Assembly: GCA_038087875.1 (NCBI GenBank)
Contig: CM075992.1
Location: 6,140,001-6,204,000, forward strand
Direction: 5' to 3'
DNA from: Malacoraja senta
Lineage: Eukaryota
DNA: 64,000 nt
How positions within the stretch are numbered: position 1 is the stretch's first letter; every line of letters starts with the position of its first letter. Shown in pieces: positions 46,701 through 60,187 of this stretch. The notes under the pieces were generated by a model. The model did not search any database, had not been told where the DNA came from, and saw only the letters and a list, made by a program, of their open reading frames with translations. The translations under genes were made by a program, and so were the position numbers.

Positions 46701-49700
46701 GTGCTGATGCTGGACCATGGCTTTGTATGGTCATGATGGGCTGAATGGCCTGTTTCCATCAAAGATAAACACTAATGCTGGAGTAACTCAGCGGGACAGG
46801 CAGCATCTCTAGAGAGAAGGAATGGGTGGCGTTTTGGGTCGTCACTCATTCCTTCTCTCCAGAGATGCTGCCTGTTACCCCAGCATTTTGTGTCTATCTT
46901 CAGTTTAAACCAGCATCTGCAGTTCCTTCCTACACGTTAGTCCTGTTTCTATGCTGTGTGTCCAATAACTCACTACGACTGCAGCCAAAAGAAGAGGAGA
47001 TAACAGCATATTTTACCCAGCGTAGGGGAATCAAGAACCAGAGGTCATGTTTAAGGTGAGAAAGGAAAGATTTGATAGGAACCTGAGGGGCAACTTTTCC
47101 ACACAGAGGGTGGTGGGTGCGTGCCAAAGGTGTAGTTGAGGCAGATAACCACACTGAAAAGACATTTAGACCAATACATGGATAGAAAGGTTTGAAGGGA
47201 TATGGGCCAACCACGGGCAGGTGGGACTAGCGTAGATGAGGCATCTTGGTCGCCATGTGCAAGTTGGGCCACAGGGCCAGTTTCTGTGCCTTAAGGGCCT
47301 GTCCCACTGCAGCGACCTAATTGGCGAGTTTAGAAGAGTTTAGGAGAGTTTGAAAAAGTGTAATGTTGAAGACCTCCTTCGACCTCCTTCGAACTCCTTC
47401 GACTATGTTGAAGACTAGCTTCGACTAGCTTCGGGAAAATTGGACACCGAATAGTGGAGAGTGAAGACGACCTCCTTCGATCTCCTTCGACCTCCCTTCG
47501 ACTATGTTGAGGACTATCTACGACTACCTTCGACTACCTTCAATTACTTTCGACTACCCTCGATTACCTATGAATAACATGCCGACCTACTACGACTTAC
47601 TCTGACTAAACCTACGAGTAAAAAAGATATCGATTTTTTCCATGGCGACCTTTTTTTACTCGCGGGCATTTTTCAGCATGTTGAAAAATACGCCGCGACC
47701 TAGCTGAGGCCTAGAGTACGCGGGGACTGCTCTCGAGCATGAAGGGGAGTTACAAAGACCTCCTAGGACCATGCTGCGAGTATGAGTCGAGGGCAAACTC
47801 TTCTGAACTCGCGGATCAGCTCGCCGCAGTGGGACAGCCCCTTTATGATTCTGCTGCAAAATGTTTACAACTTGCTTTACTCCATCACTGAGGATCCCCC
47901 TTCCAACTTCATTGGGTCTCTGATTCTTCGGTTTAGAGATACAGCATGGAAACAGGACATAGAAACATAGAAACATAGAAAATAGGTGCAGGAGGAGGCC
48001 ATTCGTCCCTTCGAGCCTGCACCGCCATTCAATATGATCATGGCTGATCATCCAACTCAGTATCCTGTACCTGCCTTCTCTCCATACCCCCTGATCCCTT
48101 TAGCCACAAGGGCCACATCTAACTCCCTCTTAAATATAGAGTATGAACTGGCCTCAACTACCTTCTGTGGCAGAGAATTCCACAGATTCACCACTCTCTG
48201 TGTGAAAAATGTTTTTCTCGTCTCGGTCCTAAAAGACTTTCCCCTTATCCTTAAACTGTGACCCCTTGTTCTGGACTTCTCCAACATCGGGAACAATCTT
48301 CCTGCATCTAGCCTGTCCAACCCCTTAAGAATTTTGTACGTTTCTATAAGAACCCCCCTCAATCTTCTACATTCTCACGAGTACAAGCCAACTCCATCCA
48401 GTCTTTCTTCATATGAAAGTCCTGCCATCCCAGGAATCAGTCTGGTGAACCTTCTCTGTACTCCCTCTATGGCAAGAATGTCTTTCCTCAGATTAGGAGA
48501 CCAAAACTGTACGCAACACTCCAGGTGTGGTCTCACCAAGGCCCTGTACAACATTCGGCTCCACCGAGTCCATGCTGATCATCGACTACCCATTCACATT
48601 AGTTCTACGTTGTCCACTTTCTCTACACACTAGGGGGGGGGCAATTTACAGAGGGCCAATTAACCTACCAACCTGCACATCTTTGGGATGTGGGAGGAAT
48701 CCGGAGCACCCGGAGGAAACCCAGGCCGTCACAGAGAGACCGTGCAAACTCTATACACGCACAGCACCCGAGGTCAGGATCGAACGTGGGTCGCTGGAAC
48801 TGTGAGGCAGCAGCTCTACCTGCTGCACCATTGTGCTGCAGCATAGTCATTGCACATAATTGTTTGGACACCCACAACTGGCTTGTTCATCCTTGTTTGG
48901 TCAAAATTCTTTGGTCAGAGTTTGACCTTTAGTCATTGAGTTACACATGGTGCAGGTTTCAATGATTGAATGGTCAAAGAATCATACAGCATGGATAATG
49001 GCCATTCAGCCCAACTCGCCCACACCACCCAACATGTCCCATCTACACTAGTCCCACCTGTCTACATTTGGCCCATATTCCTCTAAACCTATCCCAATCA
49101 TGTACCTGTCCAAATGCTTTTTTAGTTCATGTTCATAAGTTCTTAAGTTATAGGAGCAAAATTAGGCCATTTGGCCCATCAAGTCTACTCTGCAATTCAA
49201 CCATGGCTGATCTATCTCTCCCTCCTAACCCCATTCTCCTGCCTTCTCACCGTAATCCCATATTGTTAAATGTTAAAACGTAATGTTAAAACATAATGAG
49301 TTTAGAAGAATGAGGGGGGACCTCATTGAAACTACAGAACAGTGAAAGGTTTGAATAGAGTGGATGTGGAGAGGATGTTTCCACTAGTGGGAGAGTCTAC
49401 GACTAGAGGTGATAGCCTCAGAATTAAAGGAGGTTCTTTTAGGAAGGAGATGAGGAGGAATTTCTTTAGTCAGAGGGTGGTGAATCTGTGGAATTCTTTG
49501 CCATAGAAGGCTGTGGATGCTGTCAATGGATATTTTGTAAGGCAGAGATAGATAGATTCTTGATTAGTACGGGTGTCAGGGGTTATGGGGAGAATAGGAT
49601 TGGGAGGGAGAGATAGATCAGCCATGATTGAATGGCGGAGTAGACTTGATGGGCCGAATGGCCTAATTCTGCTCCTATCACTTATGATCTTATAAATGTT

Positions 49701-51171
49701 GCAATTGTAGCTGCAATCTTTGTATGGTCCACGGTGAATGATCTCAAAGACTCCGACCCTAATATTCATCAACTATCTACACCTGCTAAGGTCTCTTTGG
49801 AATTTCAGGATCCTATTTGACACGACTGACAAAGCCACCTACACAGTTCCTGTCAGCATCCTCAGATACACCACCTCCCATTACATCAGCTGAGATCTTT
49901 ATGCCTATTGTGTGTCGTTGAGAGCACTGAAGCCATCCGTGCAGTGCACACAGACCCAATGTCCTCACTCCCCACCTCCGCATATTAACCCGTTCCTCGC
50001 CCAAGTCATCCCCACTCCCATCAGGCAAAAGATTATAAGATCAACAATGATAGGAGAAGAATCGGGCCATCGGCCATCAAGTCTACACCACCATGGCTGA
50101 TCTATCTCACCCTCTTAATCCCATTCTCCTGCCTTCTCCCCATAACCCCTGACACCCGTACTAATCAAAGGTATATAAGTGTGAAAACGCACACCTCCAG
50201 ATTCGGGGATAGTTTCTTCCCGGCTGTTATCAGGCAACTGAATCATCCTACCACAACCAGAGAGCAGTGCTGAACTACTATCTACCTCTTTGGCGACCCT
50301 CGGACTATCCTTTACCAGACTTTGCTGGCTTTACCTTGCACTAAACGTTATGTCCTTATCATGTATTTGTACACTGTAAATAGCTCGATTGTAATCATGT
50401 TTCCGCTGACTGATTAACAGGCAACAAAAAGGTTTTCGCTATGCCTCGGTACTCGTGACAATAAACTAAACTGTAAAATGGACAGAGTGTTACAATAGGC
50501 ACAAAGGGGGGCGGTTAATGAAGGGCGAAGCAGAGAATGGGGCGGATGACAGCTCTCCCGGTCACAGTGCTGGGGTGTCACCTGTCGCTCGGCACAAGCT
50601 TTGTTGCTAAATGTCAGGAGTGTTTGGGACAATTACAGCGTTGACTGACGCGGACCACTGCCGTGCCCGGGAGTGGCGGCGCCGCAGTGTGTATATCTCC
50701 GCTAGCTGGGGGCTCAGGCTCGTCCCAGTCCCACCACACCCGCACCGGCGTCGCAGCTCGGAGCCCGTGTCTCTGACAGCCAGCGTCTGAGCGGCAAGAT
50801 GTGCAAGGGCTTTGCCCCCCTCGCCCAGCGCCTGCATCGAGAGGTATTTGTCTCCCCCTCTCCCAGCCTCCCCCACACACGCTCGCTGCGTGGTCGCAGG
50901 AGGCACAACAGCGAGGAGGAGGAGGGGGGGGTCGGTGTGTTACGGGCTGGTGGTTTAGATCCCACACCAGTGATTTGTGATATTGCCTAGGCTGAGGGTC
51001 CCGTAGTGGCTGTATGGTGGAGATTGCACTGATGCGCAGCTGCATTGGTGCTGGATACACTGGTGGGGGGCTTCACTGGTGGATGGCTGCACTGGTAATG
51101 ACTGCACTGGTGGAGGTCTGTACCAGTGTATGTTGCACTGGTGAAAGTATGTACTGGTGCATGCTGCACTA

Positions 51172-51371
51172 NNNNNNNNNNNNNNNNNNNNNNNNNNNNN
51201 NNNNNNNNNNNNNNNNNNNNNNNNNNNNNNNNNNNNNNNNNNNNNNNNNNNNNNNNNNNNNNNNNNNNNNNNNNNNNNNNNNNNNNNNNNNNNNNNNNNN
51301 NNNNNNNNNNNNNNNNNNNNNNNNNNNNNNNNNNNNNNNNNNNNNNNNNNNNNNNNNNNNNNNNNNNNNNN
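51172..51371. other. Assembly gap (200 N)
   Basis: Run of N. Confidence 1.
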
Positions 51372-51419
51372 TCAATGTCGGTCTCCACGGACATCCTGAG
51401 ACCCTGTTCCGTCTGCCAC
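51372..51419 (-). CDS. Type I keratin exon 3 (partial, runs into N gap)
   Basis: ctgttgcag|GTGGCAGACG...; (K)[15 protein letters not shown]. Confidence 0.88.
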   Translation of the reverse strand: MADGTGSQDVRGDRH

Positions 51420-54400
51420 CTGCAACAGAGGGATAGCGGGGAAACACACCACATCAGTGCCAAGCCGTGCAACAAGGTAGGATCACCATGGGTCAACATG
51501 GGTTACTCTTTAGGCATTAGAGATACACCAACCAAAGATCAGTTCAGTTTAGTTTATTGTCACATGTACCAAGGTACAGTGGAAAGCTTTTTGTTGCATG
51601 CTAACCAGTCAGCGGGAAGACAATACATGATTACGATCGAGCCATTTACAGTGTATAGACACCTGATGAGGGAATAACGTTTCGTGCAAGGTAAAGCCAG
51701 CACCCTCCATAGACGTGCAGGTTTGTAGGTTAATTGGCATCTGTCAATTGTGTGTAGGATAGTGCTAGTGTTCGCTGTTGGGCGAAGGGCCCTGTTCACG
51801 CACTGTCCAGCAATCTTTGGAGGTTGGGGGAAACCGGAGCACCCGGAGAAAACCCACACAGTCACTAGGAGAACGTACAAGCTCTTTATAGAAAACACCG
51901 TGGTCAGGAAACCCGGGCCTCTGGCGCCGTCTTCTTGTCGAGTCCACACACAAGATTAGAAGTTGTTTAGCCGCAGCTGAACACACTCTCGGCATCTGCA
52001 TGCAATGGTGTCTGTCTTCTTGTGCGTGGTGGTGGAAAGATTGGTGGAAACAGGGCCGCGACGTGAACGCTCTTTCCTTGACCCCTCTGGCGCTGTAAGG
52101 CAGCAACTCTACCGCTGTGCTACAGTGATGGCCCAACTCATTTCTCCCTTTACCCGTCCCTCCTCTCCCCTCCTATCTTTTCTTCCTTCATCTGGTTTTA
52201 CATCTTGCATATATACGTTTTCACTGACTGGATAGCACATTAGAAAAAGCTTTTCACTGTACCTCGGAACATGTGACAGAATATACAGAACTAGACTTCT
52301 TCTCTTATCTCATCTCACACTATTTGTCTTTTCACCTCTAGCCGTTGTCCCATCACCCCCAACTTCACCTGTATTCACCTATCACTTGCCAGACTTTGTA
52401 CAACATCCACCTCTCTTCCAGCTTCACCACCCCCCCCCCACGTACAATCAGTCTGAAGAAGGGTCTCCATCAGAAATGTAACCCATCCACATTCTCCAGA
52501 GCTGCTGCCTGCCCAGCTGAGTTACTCCAGCATTGTGTCGTTTGAATGGCATAGATTGGCCTAATTCAGCTCCTAGAACTTATGAAATGTTGCTTCAAAG
52601 TTGCTGCTTTTTAAAGTAGGGAATCATTTGGTGTCAGGAGCGGTGTCAGGACAGATGAGGGTCCTGAGCACAGTGTCCTTCTGTGTCCTTTTGTTGTGGG
52701 GGTGGGGGGGGGGGGGGAGAATGTACTCACTTGCTTTGGAAGTCCTCGGCTGCCAGCTTGGCATTGTCGATCTCCAGAGCGATGGTGGAGTTCTCTATGA
52801 TGCTTTGCTGTATCTAGGAGAGATGAAAAGGAGTAAGGTCACCGGAGGACGTTGGAGATCGAGCAACAGCAGGCAGTCCCATTAACACCGGGAAGTATCA
52901 GAAACACCATCACAGGAGTTGGCATTGAGCTGAAGACATTTTTTTTTAATAAAAAATAATGTCTTTAATTACTATCACGACACAAGACAAAACCATGGTG
53001 ACACGCCCACCACCATATTACAAAATCACCAAATTATTCAGGCACTATATTTCCAAACAGCCATGTTACAATATACTAAAGAACTACTACACAACTAAGT
53101 CCCTCTCTAACACCACCCGGGCGCGGACGTAACCCCGTAAAAGGGGCAGGCACCCGGCTCGGGCAAAGCCCTCTTCCGCCTGGCAATGTGACTTGTTGAT
53201 GGCCAGCTTGACCAGGCCCAGGAGCAACCCAACCAGGACATCTTCAGCCCATGGGCTGAAGGCAATGGAGGAAGAGAAACAAGGGTCCCAACCCTTTATC
53301 CCAGATCCCTGGGCACTGCGCTCAATCATTTTTACTCAGGATCCTCATCCCTCCTGACACTGCGCCTGACATCAAATAATTCCCTACTTTAAAAAGCAGC
53401 AACTTTGAAGCAACCTTTCATATGCTCTAGGACCTGGTTAGGCCATTCAGCCCATCAAGTCTACACCATTCAATCGACACAAAATGCTGGAGTAACTCAG
53501 CGGGAGAGGCAGCATCTCTGGAGAGAAGGAATGGGTGACGTTTCTTCTTCAGGCCGATCTATCTTTCCCTCTCAACCCCATTCTCCAGCCTTCTCCACAC
53601 AACCCCTGACCCTCGTACTAATCAAGAATCTGTGAATCTCCACCTTAAAAATATCCTTTGATGGAGGATTGAATGGAGGAGGAGGCTTGATGGGCCGAAT
53701 AGCCAAATTATGAATTTATGGGCTTGCAAAGCTGCCGCAAGTAAGAATGTCATCGTTCCTGTTGTGGTATATACAACAACAACCACTTTTAGCTCTTAAT
53801 CAGAAACCTATCAAATGCCTTTAGAACCAACTATTGTGAGAAAAGAACAGCTTCACACCTATCTCCACCACCCTAGTGTGTGTGTAGGGTAGTGTTAATG
53901 TGCGGGAATCGCTGTTTGGTGTGGACCCGGTGGGCCGAAGGGCCTGTTTCCGCGCTGAATAGAGACATAGAAACATAGAAAATAGGTGCAGGAGGAGGCC
54001 ATTCGGCCCTTCGAGCAGCACCGCCATTCATTGTGATCATGGCTGATCATCCCCTGTCAATAATGCCTGCCTTCTCCCCATATCCCTCGACTCCACTAGC
54101 CCCAAGAGCTCTATCTAACTCTCTCTTAAATCCATCCAGTGACTTGTCCTCCACTGCCCTCTGTGGCAGGGAATTCCACAAATTCACAACTCTCTGGGTG
54201 AAAAGGTTTTTTCTCACCTCAGTCTTAAATGACCTCCCCTTTATTCTAAGAACCTCCCCTTTATTCGAGGAATCTATAAACTAAACTAAACAGATCGAAT
54301 CCGCACAGATATTGGGTTGGAGTACCAACTGCTCATTTTGGTGGGGAAAACAAAAATAAAATGCTTAAAGGAAGAAAAACGTAGAAAGGAGCACAAGAAA

Positions 54401-57400
54401 TCTAAAGCTCGTTGCAGATAAAACAAAAGATTCCCACATCAGGAGCAGGTCATGAAGACAGACAATGGGGTGTGGTCCTTTTGTCAAAGATTATGCAAAT
54501 CTTACTGCAAAAAAAAATACTCAAAGTGCTGGAGTAACTCTGCACGGTGGCGCAGCGGTAGAGTTGCTGCCTCACAGCACCAGCGACCCGGGTTCGATCC
54601 TGACTACGGGTGCTGTCTGTACGGAGTTTGCACGTTCTCCCTGTGACCTGCGTGGGTTTTCTCCGAGACCTCCGATTTGCTCCCACACTCCAAAGACGTA
54701 CAGGTTTGTAGGTTAATTGGCTTGGTATCATTGTAAATTGTCCCTAGTGTGCCGGACTCGCTGGTCGGCAAGGACTCGTTGGGCCGAAGGGACTGTTTCT
54801 GCCCTGTATCTCTAAACTAAACTGAACCGGTCAGACAGCAGCTCTGGAGAACATGGGCAGGCGATGTTTTGCATGGGGACCCTTCATCAGAACTTAAACC
54901 TATCCACGTTCTCCAGAGATGCTGCCTGACCTGCTGAGTTACTCCAACACTCTGTGTCTTTTAAAATACTTTAGTATTGGTGTTTGAATGATTGATTGAA
55001 AGATACAGCACGGAAACAGGCGTTTCAGCCCATTGTGTCCATCGATCACCCATTCGCACTATTCTATGCGATCCCACTTTCTCATCCACTCCCTACACAC
55101 TAGGGGCAATGTACAGAGGGCCGAATAACCTGCAACCCCGCCCGGCTTTGGATGATGATGATGATATACCTTTAATAATCCTTTACAGGAAATTACAGTG
55201 CCACGACAGCTTCAAGACAGACATAACACCACACATTTCCTCAAATAGCTTCCATACTTAACAAGTTAAAATACAAGTTAAAATACAAGTTAAAATACAA
55301 TTAATGGAAAAAAAAAGTGCAGTTATTTATGCGCATTGTATAATCTTATCGCAGCTGGTAAGCAGGACTTCCTATGTCTCTCAGTTTTGCACATTGGTGC
55401 AATCAGTCTCTGACTGAAGATGCTGCTCTTGATCACCTTCAGGGCATGGAGTGGGTGAGTGGGGTTGGTCATTATTGAACCCAGTTTGTTCAGAGTTCTA
55501 GCCTCTGCCACCTGCTGGACCGTTCGTTGCTCAGCCCCCGACCACTGAGCCGGCCTTCCTGATCAGCTTGTCCAGTCTGTTTTTGTCCGCTATGCGGGCG
55601 CCATCTCCCCAACAGGCCACCGCAAAAAACAGAGCACTGGCCACCACTGAATGGTAGACACTGCACAGTAGGGGTTGGCAGATGTTAAATGACCTCAGCC
55701 TCCTTAAAAAATACAGTCGGCTTTGTCCCTTCCTGTACACCGCCTCCATATGACACTTCCAGTCCCGCTCACTGTCAAGCTGCACACCAAGGTACCTGTG
55801 GTTAGCGACCACCTCCACCTCAGTGCCCTTAATGGTGATTGGTGTTGCTTGAGTCCTCCTCCTCCCCCTCCCCCTCCTGAAGTCCACAACTATCTCCTTG
55901 GTTTTTGTGGTGTTAAGATGGAGGTTATTGTGTGCACTCCACTCCACAAAGTTACTTATTATGTCTCTATACTTGGCAGCCCAGACCATCACACAAACCA
56001 GTCTGAAGATGGGTCTCGACCCGGAACGTCACCCATTCCTTTTCTCCAGAGAATCCATCTTTTTCTGTCTATCTTCGGTTTAAACCAGCGTCTGCAGTTC
56101 CTTCCCACACAAACCAACTTCCCTTCTATTGAGTCCATCTACACCTCATGCTGCCCCGGCAAGGCCAGCAGCATAATCAAGGACGAGTCGCACCCTGGCC
56201 ACTCCCTTTTCTCCCCTCAGGCAAAAGGTATAGAAGGGTGAAAACGCACACCAAACAGATTCAGGAACAAATTCTTCCCAGTTGTTATCAGGCAACTAAA
56301 CCATCCTACCACCACCAAAGAGCAGTCCTGAACTACTATCCACCTCATTGGTGACCCTCGGACTATCCTTGACAGGTACACAAAAATGCTGGAGAAACTC
56401 AGCGGGTGAGGCAGCATCTATGGAGCGAAGGAAAAAGGCAACGTTTCGGGCCGAAACCCTTCTTCAGACTGTCGTAGAGTTGGAGGGCAGGGGGGATCAC
56501 AGAGATGGGGCAGTTAGAGAGGTCGTTGTGGAACTTTCTCCGGAGAGAGGAGGAGAACTTTTTCAAAGTAGACATACCTTGAGGAGATTTCGCAGTGGAG
56601 TAGACAAAGTGTTAAAGAAGGAACTGTAGATGCTGGAAAATTGAAGGTACACAAAAATGCTGGAGAAACTCAGCGGGTGCAGCAGCATCTATGGAGCGAA
56701 GGAAATAGGCAACGTTTCGGGCCGAAACCCTATCTATTCGGGCCAAGTCTGAAGAAGGGTTTCGGCCCGAAACGTTGCCCATTTCCTTCGCTCCATAGAT
56801 GCTGCTGCACCCGCTGAGTTTCTCCAGCACTTTTGTGTACCTTCGATTTTCCAGCATCTGCAGTCCCTTCTTTACCCTTGACAGGACTTTGCTGGCTTTA
56901 CCTTGCACTAAACGTTAATCCCCTATCATGTATCTGTGCACTGTGGCTAGCTCGATTGTAATCTTATAGTGTCTTTCTGCTGACTAAAAAAGCGTTTCAC
57001 TGTACCTCGGTACAGGTGACAATAAAACTGAACTGAACAGCTGTGGAGAGAAGGGATGGGTGACGTTTCTTGTCGACCAAAGAAGAGTCTTGGCCTGAAA
57101 CGTCACCCATCCCTTCTCTCCAGAGATGCTGCCTGTCCCGCTGAGTTACTCCAGCATTTCGTGTCTATGTGCGGATCCTTGCTGTAGAAACAGGGACCGG
57201 GGGACGCTGGTTGATGCAAAAGCCAAGGGTCGACCTGGGGATATGGGGACAAGACTCGACCCCTGGGGGGGGGGGGGGACATGGGCAGGTGCAGAGATGC
57301 TGCCTGCTGGTTAACCCGGCTGGTCGTGCCTGTCTTAAGAGTCGCCACATACCTGGGATTGCAGCGGAGGGATGATTTGGTCGTACTTGGACCAGTCGAA

Positions 57401-57802
57401 GCCATCGATGGTGGTGCTGGATGCATACTTGCGGATTTGAATCTCCAGCTGCTTGTTGGACTGCTCCAGCTGTTGCACCTTGGCGAGGTAGTTGGCCAGG
57501 CGGTCGTTCAGGTTCTGCATGGCGTTCTTCTCGTCGCCGATCAGCCCCATGCCCCCCCCAATCATCAAGGATGATGAGCCACCGCCACCGATGCCCATGC
57601 CACCACCGCCCATGCCCATGCCCATGGCACTGGACAAGCCATACCCACCACCACCACTGCCACCGCCAAAGCTGCGGCCACCACCCGAAGCCCATCCACC
57701 GCCGATCCCCCTGGACTGCACCGCGTATGACCTGCTACCGCTAGACCGGCTACTCCTCGAAGGGAAGACAGCGCTTTGAGCATACCGGTGTGTAGAAGCC
57801 AT
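51372..57802 (-). CDS. Type I (acidic) keratin, 5' part (exons 1-3, truncated by gap)
   Basis: Gly/Ser-rich head; coil 1[31 protein letters not shown]; exon 2 [11 protein letters not shown]; exon 3 [15 protein letters not shown]; canonical type I intron positions. Confidence 0.93.
52731..52813 (-). CDS. Type I keratin exon 2
   Basis: ctcctag|ATACAG...AGCAA|gtgagt; 83 nt, the canonical length for type I keratin exon 2; [28 protein letters not shown]. Confidence 0.93.
52935..53260 (-). mobile_element. Tx1-like LINE 3' fragment
   Basis: [11 protein letters not shown]...[16 protein letters not shown] resembles Tx1 ORF2 C-terminus; T-run (poly-A on minus) at ~52940. Confidence 0.45.
54541..54825 (+). 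mobile_element. HE1/V-SINE-type element
   Basis: GGTGGCGCAGCGG A box, GGTTCGATCC B box, (CTAAA)n tail. Confidence 0.78.
55150..55978 (-). mobile_element. Rex1/Babar-type LINE RT 3' fragment
   Basis: [15 protein letters not shown]...YLGVQLD...[14 protein letters not shown]...[17 protein letters not shown]; (ATC)n tail. Confidence 0.8.
56615..56872. mobile_element. Inverted pair of Penelope-like non-autonomous repeats
   Basis: ~115-bp arms (gaaggaactg...ccgaaaccc / gggtttcgg...cagtcccttc) around a ~25-bp spacer; carries a CTGAAGA..GAAACGTT motif. Confidence 0.6.
57353..57802 (-). CDS. Type I keratin exon 1
   Basis: accATGGCT start; 450 nt; [10 protein letters not shown]...[15 protein letters not shown]|gtatgt. 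Confidence 0.92.
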
Positions 57803-57809
57803 GGTCAAG

Positions 57810-57860
57810 GAGATAGAGAGAGATAGAGAGATAGAGAGATAGATAGATAGATAGATAGAT
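57810..57860. repeat. (GATA/GAGATA)n microsatellite in keratin 5' UTR
   Basis: Lies between the TATA box and the ATG, ending ~8 nt before the start codon. Confidence 0.85.
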
Positions 57861-57940
57861 GCGTTGAATGCAAAACACAAAGCAAATCGCCCAGACGCGT
57901 TGAGTCCCGAGTGAGCTATCGCCACCGCCCTGCTCCTGCC

Positions 57941-57992
57941 TTTTATACACCTGCATCTCCCTCTCCCCTCCCCACCTCCACCCTTTCATTGG
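57941..57992 (-). promoter_or_regulatory. Keratin core promoter: TATAAAA (57941-57947) and CCAAT (57988-57992)
   Basis: Minus-strand TATAAAAG ~140 bp upstream of the ATG, CCAAT ~40 bp further upstream with a G-rich tract between. Confidence 0.7.
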
Positions 57993-60187
57993 ACCGAAGC
58001 CTGCAGGTAGGTGGTGGGAGGAATTGATAGGACAGAGGCGGGGTGGGGAGGGTCGGGAGGATCTTTACCCGAGGTGTGTCCTGCAGTCCAACAAGCAGCT
58101 GGAGATTCAAATGCTGCAGATCTAGGTTTACCAGAATCTTTTCCCCCAGAATCATTTTTTTTTTTCCCCGGAGGAGAGACACAAAAAAGCTGGAGTAACT
58201 CAGCGGGACAGGCAGCGTCTGCTGGGGAGAAGGAATAGGTGACGTTTCGTGTCGAGACCCACCATCACAGATGCTGCCTGTCCCGCCGAGTTACTCCAGC
58301 ATTTTGCGTCTATCTTCAGTGTAAACCAGCATCTGCAGTTCCTTCCTACCATTTCATATTTCCGACAGGCATCGTTTTTTAAGAGTCGTTTTCTCGCCTC
58401 CAACTCTTCACCCCTCCCTCACCGCCTCACCCCACCCCGCTCCCTACTTTCAATCTGAAGATCCGTCCATTTGCTCCATAGATGCTGCCTGACATGCTGA
58501 GTTACTCCAGCACTTTGTGTCTATCTTTCGCAGATCGATGCCTGGATTAGGCGGTATTAGCAACTGGGGAGGTTGAACACATCTGAATTCTGGAGCTGAG
58601 GGTAGACCCGATAGATATTAAATAGAGTCAAGAGAGTTTATTGTCATGTGTCCCAGATAGGACAATGAAATTCTTGCTTGCTGCAGCACAACAGAATATA
58701 GTTAGCATAAATACAGAACAGATCAGTGTGTCTATATACCATAGACCATATATTTATACACATAAATAAACAGATAAAGTGCAATAGGCTGTTATAGTTC
58801 AGAGTTTGTTGGATGGCGAGTTTAATGGCCTGATGGCTGTGGGGAAGTAGCTGTTCCTGAACCTGGATGTTGCAGTTTTCAGGCTCCTGTACCTTCTACC
58901 TGATGGCAGCGGAGAGATGAGTGTGTGGCCAGGATGGTGTGGGTCCTTGATGATGCTGCCAGCCTTTTTGAGGCAGCGACAGCGATCGATCCCTTCGATG
59001 GTGGGGAGGTCAGAGCCGATGATGGACTGGGCAGTGGTTACAACTTTCTGCATTCTTTTCCGCTCATTTACCTGTCATTTAGAAACAGTAAAACAGAAAG
59101 TGCTGGAGGAACTCAGTGGGCCAAGTATCATCTGTGGAGAGAATGGACAGACAAAGGTTTGGTTTGGTTCGGGTCCCTATTTCAGACAAAACAGTAGTTT
59201 GAGATAGATCTAGGGTCCTGAACCAAAACTTTGTCTGTCCAACAGTAGTTTGAGTCTAAAGGCAAAAGGAATGTTAGATTTTAGGAAGTTTTGAAAGTTT
59301 AGGAAGTGAGGCAGTGGTGCCTGGAATAGACAATAGACAATAGACAATAGGTGCAGGAGTAGGCCATTCGGCCCTTCGAGCCAGCACCGCCATTCAATGT
59401 GATCATGGCTGATCGTCCCTAATCAGTACCCCGTTCCTGCCTTCTCCCCATATCCTCTGACTCCGCTATTTTTTAGAGCCCTATTTAGCTCTCTCTTGAA
59501 AGTATCCAGAGAACCGGCCTCCACCGCCCTCTGAGGCAGAGAATTCCACAGAATACTACATACCGTTTTATCCCTGCATATTTAAGAAAACATATACAGG
59601 TCCACCACCCATTTTCCAGCAACTGGTAGTCTGTCACCTTCTTTAATTTGTAAAAAATTACAAAAGCGCACTAGAAGTCCCCCCACCGCCACCACCCACC
59701 AGAAGTACCCCCACCCCCACCACCCACCAGAAGTACGTTCTCTTTGTGACCGTGTGAGATTTCTCCAGGATCTCCAGTCTCCTCCCACACTCCAATGACG
59801 TGCAGGTTTGTAGGTTAATTGGCTTTTGTAAAATTGTAATTGCCCCTGGTGTGTAGGATAGTATTAGTGTGCGGAGATCGCTGGTTGGTACAGACTCGGT
59901 GGGCCGAAGGGCCCGTTTCTGCACTGTATCTGTAAACTAATCAAAAACTACAAACTTGGCATCATGTTTTGCATGAAGTATTTGCATATATAATGGTTGA
60001 TGTGAATTATGACCAGTTGGGCTGAATGGTCTGTTTCTGTGCATTTCTAGTTTTAATTTATCTGCCTTCAGTATAAAGAGCCTGAGGTCACACAGGTAGC
60101 AATTGTTTTAATGGGGCTGGGTTGACAGTTTAGGATTGTTTGTACGTGTAGAAACCTTACTCTTCAGGATTCAGGCAAACCTTCTGG

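Larger units (their letters stand above)
36775..51171. repeat. ~7.75 kb direct tandem duplication (36775-44527; second copy 44528-51171 ends at gap)
   Basis: Offset 7753 drifting to 7746; differences mostly 1-3 nt indels. Confidence 0.92.

Noticed and set aside
36775..51171. Remaining keratin exons 4-8
   Set aside because: I found no coil-2 motifs (e.g. LEXEIATYRXLL) on the minus strand here; they are presumably within the gap
50987..51677. ORFs spanning the N run
   Set aside because: Artefacts of translating through the gap; only 51372-51419 is real keratin coding sequence
57492..57779. Proline-rich plus-strand ORF
   Set aside because: Antisense of the Gly-rich keratin head
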